From assembly GCA_030390025.1 (NCBI GenBank), contig CM059432.1, forward strand, positions 129,582,001 through 129,646,000: a stretch of 64,000 bases of DNA. The letters run 5' to 3'. Origin of the DNA: Squalus acanthias. Taxonomy: Eukaryota. The notes under the pieces are model-generated. The model did no database searches. It worked only from the letters and a program-made list of their open reading frames with translations, and was not told the origin of the DNA. The position numbers and the translations under genes are program-made. Shown here one piece after another: positions 47,726-59,174 of this stretch. Within the stretch, counting starts at the first letter, position 1. The number at the start of each line of letters is the position of its first letter.

Positions 47726-48862
47726 TCACGTCATGTATCGTGACATAAACCCAAGATCCTGGTTGAGACCGTCTTCATGAGTGCGGAACTTGGCTATCAG
47801 TTTCTGCTCGATGATTTTGCGTTGTCGTGTGTTCCTAAGGTCGCCTTGGAGAACGCTTACCCGCAGATCCGAGGCTGAATGTCCTTGACTGCTGAAGTGT
47901 TCCCCGACTGGGAGGTAACAATCCTGCCTGGCGATTGTTGCGCGGTGCTCGTTCATACGTTGTCTCAGTGTCTGCATGGTCTCGCCGATGTACCATGCCG
48001 CGGTGCATTCTTTCCTGCAACGTATGAGGTAGACAACGTTGGCTGAGTCACATGAGTATGTACCATGTACCTGGTGGGTAGTGTCCTCACGTGTGATGGT
48101 GGTGTCTGTGTTGATGATCTGGCATGTCTTGCAGAGTTTGCCGTGGCAGGGTTGTGTGATGTCGTGGTCGCTGTTAACCTGAAAGCTGGGTAATTTGCTG
48201 CGAACGATGGTACTTCTAAGGTTAGGCGGCTGTTTGAAGGCAAGTAGTGGAGGCGTGGGGATGGCCTTAGCGAGGTGTTTGTCGTCATCGATGACATGTT
48301 GAAGGCTGCGAAGAACATGGCGTAGTTTCTCCGCTCCGGGGAAGTACTGGACGACGTAGGGTACCCTGTTGGTTGTGTCCCGTGTTTGCCTTCTGAGGAG
48401 GTCTATGCGATTTTTCGCTGTGGCCCGTCGGAACTGTCGATCGATGAGTCGAGCATCATATCCCGTTCTTACGAGGGCGTTTTTCAGCGTCCGTAGGTGT
48501 CCATCGCGTTCCTCCTCGTCTGAGCAGATCCTGTGTATTCGCAGGGCTTGTCCATAGGGGATGGCTTCTTTAACGTGGTTAGGGTGGAAGCTGGAGAAGT
48601 GGAGCATCGTGAGGTTGTCCGTGGGCTTGCGGTAGAGTGAAATGCTGAGGTGTCCGTCTTTGATGGAGATTCGTGTGTCCAGGAATGAAACCAATTCTGA
48701 GGAGTAGTCCATGGTGAGTTTGATGGTGGGATGGAACTTGCTTATGTTATCGTGTAGTCTTTTCAGTGATCCTTCGCCATGGGTCCAAAGGAAGAAAATG
48801 TCGTCGATGTATCTGGTGTACAGCGTTGGCTGGAGGTCCTGTGCAGCGAAGAACACCGGCAT
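47726..48862 (-). CDS. Penelope RT C-terminal part plus GIY-YIG endonuclease (378-aa open frame, N-terminally truncated)
   Basis: RYIDDIF (RT catalytic motif), FLD, LYRKPT, CHGKLCKTC, VVYLIRCRKEC...WYIGET (GIY-YIG), RMNEH, HFSSQGH and GLN. Confidence 0.9.
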   Translation of the reverse strand: MPVFFAAQDLQPTLYTRYIDDIFFLWTHGEGSLKRLHDNISKFHPTIKLTMDYSSELVSFLDTRISIKDGHLSISLYRKPTDNLTMLHFSSFHPNHVKEAIPYGQALRIHRICSDEEERDGHLRTLKNALVRTGYDARLIDRQFRRATAKNRIDLLRRQTRDTTNRVPYVVQYFPGAEKLRHVLRSLQHVIDDDKHLAKAIPTPPLLAFKQPPNLRSTIVRSKLPSFQVNSDHDITQPCHGKLCKTCQIINTDTTITREDTTHQVHGTYSCDSANVVYLIRCRKECTAAWYIGETMQTLRQRMNEHRATIARQDCYLPVGEHFSSQGHSASDLRVSVLQGDLRNTRQRKIIEQKLIAKFRTHEDGLNQDLGFMSRYMT

Positions 48863-50234
48863 CTCCGCATCATGACCACAGGGAAGGTACCAGAGGACTG
48901 GAGGACAGCTAACGTAGTACCATTATTCAAGAAGGGTAGTAGGGATAAACCAGGGAATTACAGGCCAGTGAGCCTAACATCAGTGGTAGGGAAATTATTG
49001 GAAAAAAATTCTGAAGGACAGAATTAGTCTCCACTTGGATGAGGGTAGTGCAGTTGATGTAGTCTACATGGACTTCAGTAAGGCTTTTGACAAAGTCTCG
49101 CATGGGAGACTGGTCAAGAAGGTAAGAGCCCATGGGATCCAGGGCAGTTTGGCACATTGGATCCAAAATTGGCTTAGTGGCAGGAGGCAGATGGTCGAAG
49201 GTTGTTTTTGTGACTGGAAGCCTGTGTCCAGTGGTGTACCGCAGGGATCGATGCTGGGTCCTTTGCTATTTGTAGTGTACATTAATGATTTTGATATGAA
49301 TGTAGCAGGTATGATCAGTAAGTTCGCAGATGACACGAAAATTGGTGGAGTGGTAAATAGCGAGGAGGGAAGCCTCAGGCTACAGGACGGTATAGACGGG
49401 TTGGTCAGATGGGCAGAACAGTGGCAAATGGAATTTAACCCTGAGAAGTGTGAGGTGATGCATTTTGGGAGGACTAACAAGGCAAGGGAATACACAATGA
49501 ATGGTAGGACCCTAGGAAGGACAGAGGATCAAAGAGAGCTTGGTGTGCATTTACATAGATCCCTGAAGGCAGCAGGACAGGTAGATAAGGTGGTTAAGAA
49601 GGCATATAGGATACTTGCCTTCATTAGCTGAGGCATAGAATATAAGAGCAGGGAGGTTATGATGGAGCTGTACAAAACGCTAGTTAGGCCACAGCTGGAA
49701 TACTGTGTGCAGTTCTGGTCGCCACACTATAGGAAGGATGTGATTGCATTGGAGAGGGTGCAGAGGAGATTCACCAGGATGTTACCTGGGCTGGAGCGTT
49801 TCAGCTATGAAGAGAGACTGGACAGGCTGGGGTTGTTTTCCTTAGAGCAGAGAAGGCTGAGGGGGGACCTGATTGAGGTGTACAAAATTATGCGGGGCAT
49901 AGATAGGGTAGGTAGAAAGGAACTTTTCCCCTTAGTAGAGGGGTCAATAACCAGGGGGCATAGTTTCAAGGTACGGGGCAGGAGGTTTAGAGGGGATTTG
50001 AGGAAAAACTTTTTCACCCAGAGGCTGGTTGGAATCTGGAACTCACTGCCTGTAAGGGTGGTAGAGGCAGGAACCCTCACAACATTCAAGAAGCATTTAG
50101 ATGAGCACTTGAAATGCCACAGCATACAAGGCTACGGACCAAGTGCTGGAAAATGGGATTAGAATAGACAGGGCTTGATGGCCGGCGCAGACACGATGGG
50201 CCGAAGGGCCTCTTTCTGTGCTGTATAACTCTAT

Positions 50235-50995
50235 GGGGGAAAAATTCAGCTGCTTGCGCCTCCCGTTAGCGCCTTAAGAGGGCGCTAATGGGGCGTAAAC
50301 CAGCTAACGCCCGGGCGCAGCGCCGCCCACGCCTTCCGAAAAATTTAGTGGGAGGTTAGCGGCGGCGGCAGCCGGTAGCGCCCTGTGGCGCTGCGCCGCC
50401 GGCGATGACGTCATCGTCGTGCGCAGCACCCCGCTCGCGCCCCGGCCGTGATCTTCAGTCGCGCCCCCTGATTTACCGCCAGACGCTATGTCCGACGGGT
50501 TCAGGGAGGCGTACGTGCGGCCGGGGCGGCGATATTTAAAGCGGAGGTGGCAGGCGGCCATTTTTGTTGCTGGCCGCCTGCCAGCACCTGCCCCCGGCCC
50601 CCGTGAAGCCCCCCCACCGTGAAGTGCCAGCTGCGCTCCAAGAGCCCGGCACTTCTCTTGAGTGCCGGGCTCTTTTGCCGGCACTCCCGATCCCTGAGGG
50701 CCCAGCTGGGCCCCGGTTCGCGCTGCGCAGGGTCCCTCCCCTTTAAGAAGGGGAGGAAGGCCTGCAATACCGCGGCGCGACGTGCCGCAGCGCGTGGCGC
50801 TGCGGCACGTAGCGCCAGGATATTCACTCGCAGCGCCCCAAGAGGGATGCGGGCTGCTTCCAGTTGCGCCCCGCTTCCCTCTTGGGGCGCAACCACTGAA
50901 GTTCCGGCGCGGGGCCGCTAATTTTTTCGGGGCGCTAAAAGTCGCGCCCCGGCGAGGTTAGCGCCCCAAATGGGGCGCGACTCAATTTTTACCCC
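50235..50995. mobile_element. GC/CpG-rich Harbinger-type MITE
   Basis: TIRs GGGGGAAAAATTCAG / CTCAATTTTTACCCC and a perfect 3-bp TSD TAT (50232-50234, 50996-50998). Subterminal TTAGCGCC/GGCGCTAA motifs are repeated. Confidence 0.9.
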
Positions 50996-52185
50996 TATGA
51001 CTCTATGACTAAGAACTTACAGTGAGGATTCACAAAGATTTGTGTTTCCAGCAAATAGACTTTCACTGAATGGGGTTTACAAGAATGTCTTACTTAGAAT
51101 TCTCTTCCCCTAAGTGCCTCACAAAGCTGTGCAACACGCCAGAGGCGATTATTGAGTTATCCCATCTGCTGCCTGAAGACCTTCAGCCCACTTCAAAAAG
51201 GAGAACAGCACTATTTTCAGCAATTAAAGTGACCACTTTCCTTGAATTTGTTTTGCTACTGGATTTTTGCAGGAAACCTTTATTACATTAGTTAGGCAGC
51301 AGTTCACCATTGTGTAAAGAAAATGACTGTTGCTCTCTTCTGACAGGCTACACAGTTTATTCCCTTCTCCGTGAAGTCTGCAAACCAAAGAGCACGAGCA
51401 ATCCAATCCTACAGACTGGCAGAGTTCCCAAAGGTGCAAGAGCAAATTCATGGCCCTTATTTGACAGTGAAAGCCCATTTAACATCACCCTAAATTTCAT
51501 GCACTGAAAAGGATTTCACTCAGTTAATTTGAGCTAGTGTACAAGGCCATCCACACCACCGATTGCTCAGAGAAGCAGAGACAGAAGGAGAAAAGAAGAT
51601 AAAAGGTAAAGTCATTGAAATAAAAACAGCATGGGAAAGGAAAACTATAGCAGGGCAGGAAGAACCAAAAGGCAGCAGATTAAATCTGAATTTGAAAAGT
51701 CACAGCAGAGGAAAGCAGGAAAGAATAGATTAGGGCAGTAAAGAAAGAACAGTTATTGCAGTGCGAAGTAATAAGACTATCATGAGAAGGAGGAAAGGAA
51801 GGTTACCCACACAATGATCTGGCCAACAGCCTATGCAGGGGATGCTGGGCCCCAGCATCATTTCCCACTAGATCTTTACCCCAGGGTAATGCAATAAGAA
51901 AGCAAGCCAGTACAAAATGCATCTAAGGAGATGCAATTCAAGGAACAGCCAATGGAGCTGCTGGGGTGGCACTCTGCATTGGCTGTCAGCAATAGTGAAC
52001 TCGGTGCATCAGTGCCAGCTGCAGGTGAGTGGGCGCAAAGCACCTGCGACAGTACGTTAAAGGACCAGGCTGACATTGAACTCCAGAACTGTCTCTATCT
52101 CAGCACCCTCTGCACATCGATTCTTGCCTTATTTTGTTTTCTTCAGCAGGTTCAGCACAAGTAGGTGGATGGAAGAGAAGGCTCC

Positions 52186-52470
52186 TCCCATTCTGGCCTC
52201 TTGAGCATCCCTGATTTTAATCGCTCCACCATTGGCGGCTGTGTCGTCAGCTGTCAAGGCCCTAAGCTCTGGAATTCCCTCCCTAAAACACTCCGCCTCT
52301 CTACCTCTCTTTCCTCCTTTAAGACGCTCCTTAAAACCTACCTCTTTGATCTGCCCTATTATCTCCTTATGTGGCTCATTGTCAAATTTTGTTTGATAAC
52401 GCTCCTGTGAAGCGCCTTGGGACGTTTTACGATGTTAAAGGCGCGATATAAATACAAGTTGTTGTTGTTG
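52186..52470 (+). mobile_element. L2-type LINE 3' end
   Basis: TIGGCVVSCQGPKLWNSLPKTLRLSTSLSSFKTLLKTYLFD, with tail AAAGGCGCGATATAAATACAAG(TTG)n. Confidence 0.88.
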
Positions 52471-53204
52471 AAGATAATGAGGATGAGCTGAAAGGAACCA
52501 ATTATTTTTGGGAAGACAATGAAGATGCTAATGACGTTGATGAAGAAGGCGATCCTGCTCAATCTAATTCGAGCATCCCTCCCTCAATTTCACCTCTTTC
52601 ATCACTTGCCATCTCCGTCCCATGCACCAGCTCAGAGGCTCACGGGATCAAGATAATAGGGAGGAGGATATTGCACCGAGTAACTCACATATCACAGGGG
52701 AACTGGAGGAGCGGATGATGATTCAACCATTCCCTAATGGAGCATATGAAGACAGTTTCCCTTGAACTCAGATCTCATGGGTCCTACTATGAAAAGAAAG
52801 CTGTTAGGAAATTATCACACGTATGTGCAAGAACCAAGACCCTTTTCTTAGCATCTGTGACAAATAACAGGGTTCTCAGCATGGTCCACTGTTCTCGTAT
52901 GCAACATCAGGGAATCATTTTCCTTGTTGCAGACATCAAAGGAGCATGTGATAGTTTCACTGGAGTCTGCGACAGTTCCTTTCTACAGCAGACTGCAGCT
53001 TTGGAGGCCCTGGTTGACAGGCTTGAGTGAGCACTGTATTCCAACCTTCAGATACCTGGGCAGGAGATACTACCTCAGGGCTTTCAGGAACTGATGGGAA
53101 CCATAAAATCTGCCATCCTGCTGCCCTCAGCCTGGGCCCAGTATTAGTCGCACGGCTGGAGCCAACGGACATGAGGTTGCGATTTCTGCAATAGCAGTAC
53201 ATGT

Positions 53205-53296
53205 CAACAACAACAACAACAACATTTATATAGTGCCTTTAACATAGTAAAACGTCCCAAGGCACTTCACAGGAGCGTTATCAAACAAAATTTGAC
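53205..53296 (-). mobile_element. L2-type LINE short 3' end
   Basis: Reverse complement of 52380-52470, with a (CAA)n tail. Confidence 0.85.
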
Positions 53297-53779
53297 CTAG
53301 GCCCTCAAGGTGCACATAGGAGGCACGGCCAGGCTGACCACATAGTCACAAAAGAGATACAGCCCACAGCAGGTACTTTCCAGAATTCAGCTGTCAGAAA
53401 CCAGCAGCTAACTACCTTTCCTGGCATTGGCCTCAGGTGGCTAGTTGCAGCACTAAGAGAGGTAATAGAAAAGCATGTCTAGACACCCAGGGAATAATAA
53501 TCACTGTTCATGTAAAATAAATCAGATTTGCACTTTGATTTGGCTCCATTGACCTCATGAGGTATTGTGAAGTAACAGGTGCCAGAAAGACAGATGTTTA
53601 GGTATGGAATAATTGGAGTTGGCAGGAAGGCTGAGGAGATGAACTGATGGAAGGTTTCAAAGGGGCCAAGTTTAATCTGAGGAGAAAGTACTACAAATTA
53701 TCTCTCAACAACTTTCCCTTGCAGCTGACACAGAAGAGTCCTCTGAATCATGATCCTTCTAAGTTACAGGTTCTTCGAC

Positions 53780-54720
53780 CTCCACGGCAGTCGGTCCCAC
53801 TGCCTCCATATCCAGTTCTTCCTGAATAATGAAGCTGTGGAGGAAATAGCAAGCAACCACAATGCCAGACACCTGCTCGAGAACTTACTGCAGTGCCACT
53901 CCAGATCTGGCGAGGCAGTGAAATTTAATTGATGAATGGGCTTTGTGATAGCAATGTTCTCCTGGTGGCATTGGCAGTCAAACTGGGGTCATGAACCATG
54001 GAAGTAAGGGGTACACCTCATCTCCTAGAAGCCATCCCAACACTTCACTGTCTTCCCTGAATAGGGCTGGGAGGCTGGAGTTGCTAATGATAAAGCATCA
54101 TGACAGATCCCTGCAAACTTGGCATAGCCATGCAGGATTCGTTGTTGCTGGTCACAGTCGAGTTTAAAATTGGGGTAGTGGAACTCCTTTCTATGCAAGA
54201 AATTCAATGAATATCACCGTTTTCCCCCTGAACTTTGGGGAAACCAGCAACATGATAGAACTGAATGGCCTTGTCCTGCTACTGCCTAAGAGTCATTCCA
54301 AAATGGATGAATTCCCTATCTCTCTTGAAGTTGGTATCAGTGACCTGTTATATGCAAGACTGCACAGCCCCCTTTGTTATTGCAGAGGTCCCCCTTTGCA
54401 GCCTGGAAGGTGGCAATGGGCATAAAAGTTGAAAGCTGTACTGACTTTCAAAGCTATTGTGAGATTTGTTCATTCACTTGATCTGGGCTGCCAGTCAGTG
54501 TGCAGAAGGTGTCCTAGTTCACCCAGGGCTTCCTTAATGAATTGCAGTCAGCAAAGGCACCACTCACCACTCATTGCTTAACATCTCTGGGGCCTGTAGT
54601 CTCATTGTCAAGGTGAACATTGGGCTGGCCATACCCTTCTTTAATGCTGTCTCACTCTCCTTTGCGCTTCTGTTTTCCTCCTCCACCTCCATTAAATTTG
54701 CAAACAGGAGAATACCCAAA
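53780..54720 (-). pseudogene. Decayed Harbinger (HARBI1-like DDE_Tnp_4) transposase
   Basis: Fragments ALKVSTAFNFYA, FLHRKEFHY...CDQQQRI...AKFAGICHDA, GWLLGDEVYPLLPWFMTP (about 53981-54037) and RSGVALQ*...IVVACYFLH. Confidence 0.85.
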
Positions 54721-55870
54721 GGGAAGCTACTACTGCTCTATAGTATACCTTACTATGGGTGGGGGCCAAAAATGTGCTGGTGACCAGAGAGTCCCAAGCA
54801 GTTTGAAGTGCAGCTCAGTAAATCCCCAAAGTAAAAAAAAAAATGAATTCCCGAAATATACAGGCAACATGAGGTTGTTGGCAGCTTTAAATGGAGTACT
54901 TCTGCTGGGTGGAACGGCTCGTGACAAGGCTACACCTCTTTTATTTAGTCGTACATTAGACCGAGTGCAATGGGCATGGAAATGATGGGAACTCTGACAT
55001 CTTATGCCATCCATCGTATTTGCATGTGCATGCTGGTGAAGGGGTGGGTGGAGGAAATAGCCCTGTCCACCGGAACTGAATCTTTGGCATACTGAGAGCA
55101 GGACATAAACCCAGTGGAAATGCGTTCTACCCCAAAATCTGATCCTGAAAATTGAGATGTACCCGCATTATACCCCTTTCTCACCAAAAGAACAGCGTGA
55201 ATTATCTAGGCCAGGCAATCCATCCAAGATAGACATCTTCCATTGACATTGTCTGACAGTGCAGCCAGTCACATGTATTGGTAACCTTTGCCGCAGAAAC
55301 AATGAGCTTCACACGGAGAAAGCATTGACAAGACAATTCTCTAAATCACCTTTACCCTGTCTAAGTAGTCATATAAAAATATAACAGAAGCTCCCCATTT
55401 TGCCCCAAATATGGTGTCTTGAGGAATGCTGAGATGAACATATTGGCATGGGAGAAGAGACTTAGAAAAAAAGTAAGGAGTAATTTTATAAGTCTACATT
55501 GCTAGTGTGGAGTCCTGCCCGCTAGCAGTGTATATCAGAAATTTAGGTGTGCGCCACCCACAATTTTCCAACATTTTAGCTAGAAAATCACAGGCAGTGC
55601 AGACTTGAATTTCTGATACTTGGCTTCCAACCAGCAGCACAGACTCATAAAATTATCCCTGTAATATTTACATCATAAAAGGTAGGATTCGAACCATGAG
55701 AGTGGTGAACTAAGGAGAAAAGGCTTTAAGAGGAGGATGGAATGATTAACAGAGCTGTAAGCAGCAGATAGGTCAAAGAAAATGAGGAGTGACAATAAAC
55801 CATGGTAATTGTCACACAGTATGTAATTTGTAACCTTATGGCACTTTCAATGCAGACTAATCTCAATAAT

Positions 55871-56553
55871 GGCAACCTTGGTATTCAGTTTGACCCTGAG
55901 CTGACCTTCAAACTCATATCCCATCCATCATTGAACTGCCTATTTCCACCTCAGGACTATCTCCTGCCTTCAGTCTTACTTCAGCCCCACGGCTGCTGAA
56001 ACTCACACCTATTTTTTGTCACCTCCGAGCTCAACTTCTCCAATGCTCTTTCCAACTACCACCTAAGCTTAACTCCATGTAGACTCCAACTCACCCAAAC
56101 CTTCGCCATCCAAATCCTGTCCCACAATAAGTCCTGCTGACTTTCAATAGTTCCCTGTCTCAACACTCCAAAATCCTCATACTCGTTTAGAAATACTCAA
56201 TGGCTTTGCCCATCCTACACCTTACACACTCCCCCAGCCCTATGTCCCAGTTCATACCCTCTGCCATAATGTCTCTGACCCTCGCCCCTTCCTCTGCCCA
56301 GTACCTGTGGTAGAGCCTCCAGCTCTCTCGGTCAAGCACCCTGGAGCTTCCTCCCTAAATTTCTATGTCTTACTTCATCCCTCCTCACCTTCAAAAGCTT
56401 CCTCAAAACCTACCTCTTTGGCCATGCCTTTAACCACTTAGTTCTTTTCCCACTGCTGCTTGGTACTTGTCCCTCCCTTTTTCCTTCTACTTGGAGCAGT
56501 TTGGGACATTTGCTGTGTTAAAACCACTAGTTCAATGCAAGTTATTGTTATTG
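55871..56553 (+). mobile_element. Old L2-type LINE 3' portion
   Basis: NLGIQFDPELTF motif, CTCAAAACCTACCTCTTTG and a degenerate AATGCAAGTTATTGTT tail. Confidence 0.75.
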
Positions 56554-57644
56554 ACCCTTAACAACGACTAAAGAAGCTTAATACAGTGTGCTTTTTTAAA
56601 ATTTCACTAGCGCTGGAGAACACATTTTAGACCCAAGACGAAACCGAGAGCAGTGTTCATTAGCACTTTTCATCCCATATATGATGGTATTACTGGTTAT
56701 TCTTTCATCATGTATTTAGAACCAGAGGGGAAATCATCATCACAGGTGTTCAAATGTGCTAGCAATCTGTCTTTTTCATCATAAATCTCACATTTAATAT
56801 TCGCTCCAATGTTGACAGCTCTGCCGAAATCTATTTTCAGTCAAATTTAAAATGAAATACATACCATAAAAGAATAACAACACATTTAAAATAGGAAGGA
56901 ATGAATTATCTAACTAGGCAAATTTATTGTGTACATTTGAATTTTGCTTTTGGATATTGTCTTTGGTGAGTTTTACTATTCCCATCCTCATAACTGATCC
57001 TGAATGTCATGTCAGGAGATTTTAATCTGCTGGCTGGCCATAAAAATGCAACCATGGAGCTTTTTCCAAGGAGGTGGTCACTAACACTGTAGTACTGCTT
57101 GCGAAGCTAAGCTCTAGCAGTTTATAAGCAAATAAGATTATAACTTTGAAATCGCGCCCATGTTTCAGTTTGTTATTTTTTTATCTTTTCGGTAATATGT
57201 AATGTGGAGTTTATCTGGCCAGTTTTAGTCCGCTTTGAGTGTCAGGGCAGTCAAATGATCTATGCCCTTTATGCAGTTGATAGATTTCGATCAGCGATGT
57301 TTAGTCACAATGCTTAGCCTGCTCATGCAACATTTCTCTGTAAGTTATTTTTAAGCAGGTGTTAACCCATTAAAAATAATCATAGAGGAATGTAGTGCAA
57401 GCATGCCAAGCATTTTCCTGACATTGGCATCGAAGATTTAACAACTGTGATATGATTGCTGCAAGTATATTAAGTGACAAGCCACAGTTGATTTGACATG
57501 AAGCACACATACTTAATGTAAAGAATACCCTTTGTTTTTTTTCAACTTGATACTGCCTTTAGTTTTATCTTTAGATGCTTTCAATTTACACCTTCTCTCG
57601 TTTTTTGGTCTCCTTTTTATACTTTTTCAATTCCATCCTCTAGA

Positions 57645-57935
57645 AACTATAGCTCATCCCAAACTCTGCTGCCCATATTGCTAGACTGCACCAAGTACCA
57701 TTCACCCAATGTCCCCATCCTCCCTGATTGGCTCCCAATCCCCTAACATCTCAGATTTAAAATTCTTGTTTGTGTCTTTAAATGCCTCCATGGCCTCACC
57801 CCTACCCCCAGGCCTCTTTCACCTCCCAAATTCTTCATTGCTTCATCTCTGGTCTCTTGGCATCTCCCTCCCTTTGCCACATTATTGCTGGCAGTGCCTT
57901 CAGCCAGATAAGTCCCACTTTCTGGAATTCCCTCC
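57645..57935 (+). mobile_element. Old L2-type LINE fragment
   Basis: AAACTCTGCTGCCC, TGGCTCCC...TTTAAAATTCT and TCTGGAATTCCCTCC, which are L2 C-terminal motifs. Confidence 0.7.
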
Positions 57936-59174
57936 ATGAACATAAGAACATAATCAGAACATAAGAATTAGGAGCAGGAGTAGGCCATACGGCCCCTCAA
58001 GCCTGCTCCGCCATTCAATAAGATCATGGCTGATCTTTGACCTCAACTCCACTTTCCCGCCCGATCCCCATATCCCTTGATTCCCCATGAGTCCAAAAAT
58101 CTATCTATGTCAGCCTTGAATATACTCAATGATTCAGCATCTACAACCCTCTGAGGTAGAGAATTCCAAAGATTCACAATTCTCTGAGTGAAGAAATTCC
58201 TCCTCATCTCAGTCTTAAATGGCCTATCCCTTATCCGGAGACTATGCCCCCTAGTTCTAGACTCCCCAGCCAGGGGAAACAAACTCTCAGCATCTACCCT
58301 GTCAATCCCCTTCAGTATCTTATATGTTTCAATGAGATCACCTCTCATCTAAACTCGAGCGAGTATAGGCCCAATCTACTCAATCTCTCCTCAAAGGACA
58401 ACCCTCTCATCCCAGGGATCAATTTCGTGAACCTTTGTTGCACCGCCTCTAAGGCAAGTATGTCCTTCCTTAGATAAGGAGACCAAAACTGTGCACAGTA
58501 CTCCAGGTGTGGTCGCACCAAAGCCCTGTACAATTGTAGTAAGACTTCCTTACTCTTGTACTCCAACCCCCTTGCAATAAAGGCCAACATGCCTTTATGC
58601 TGAACCTTTATAAAGCTCTGGTTAGGCCACAACTAGAGTATTGCGTCCAGTTTTGGTCACCACACTTTAGGAAGGATGTGAAGGTCCTAGAGAGGGTGCA
58701 GAGGAGATTTACCAGAATGGTTCCAGGGATGAGGGATTTTAGCTACAAGGTTAGGTTGGAGAAGCTGGGGTTGTTCTCCTTGGAGCAAAGGAGGTTGAGG
58801 GGAGATTAGATAGAGGTGTACAAGATTATGGTGGGTTTGGATAAGGTAGACAGAGAAAGGCTGTTCCCATTAGCTGATGGTACAAGGACTAGGGGACACA
58901 GATTTAAAGTTTTGGGCAAGAGATACAGGGGGGATGTGAGGAAGAACTTTTTTACGCAGCGAATGGTAATGACCTGGAACTCGCTGCCGACGAGGGTGGT
59001 GGAAGCAGAGACGATCAATGATTTCAAAAGGAAATTGGATAGGCACTTGAGGGAAATAAACTTGCAGGGCTACGGGGATAGAGCGGGGGAATGGGACTGA
59101 CTGGATTGCTCTACAGAGAGCCGGCATGGACTTGATGGGCCGAATGGCCTCCTTCTGTGCCGTTATGACGCTGT

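Larger units (their letters stand above)
47323..48875 (-). mobile_element. 5'-truncated Penelope-like retroelement with 13-bp target-site duplication
   Basis: TSD CCACAGGGAAGGT at 47310-47322 and 48876-48888. Contains an RT plus GIY-YIG ORF, and a 3' region with a hammerhead motif and AATAAA. Confidence 0.95.
45890..50162 (+). pseudogene. CR1 ORF2 (AP endonuclease plus reverse transcriptase), disrupted
   Basis: APE motifs: YFNARS, DIVAITEIWL, GVYYRPP, GDFNFPNINW, LDLIL, GDSDHN. RT motifs: KSPGPDEMYPR, NYRPVSLTS, DFSKAFD, SGVPQGS, KFADDTK. Contains stops, frameshifts, an internal deletion and the Penelope insertion. Confidence 0.95.
44515..51010 (+). mobile_element. Near full-length decayed CR1 LINE (5' UTR, ORF1, ORF2 APE-RT, 3' UTR, (CTATGACT)n tail)
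   Basis: ORF1 and ORF2 motifs are colinear. Interrupted by a Penelope element (47323-48875) and a MITE (50235-50995). Confidence 0.95.

Noticed and set aside
56600..57640. Repeat-free AT-rich stretch (also 61680-62570) as a possible conserved non-coding element
   Set aside because: This cannot be supported without cross-species alignment.
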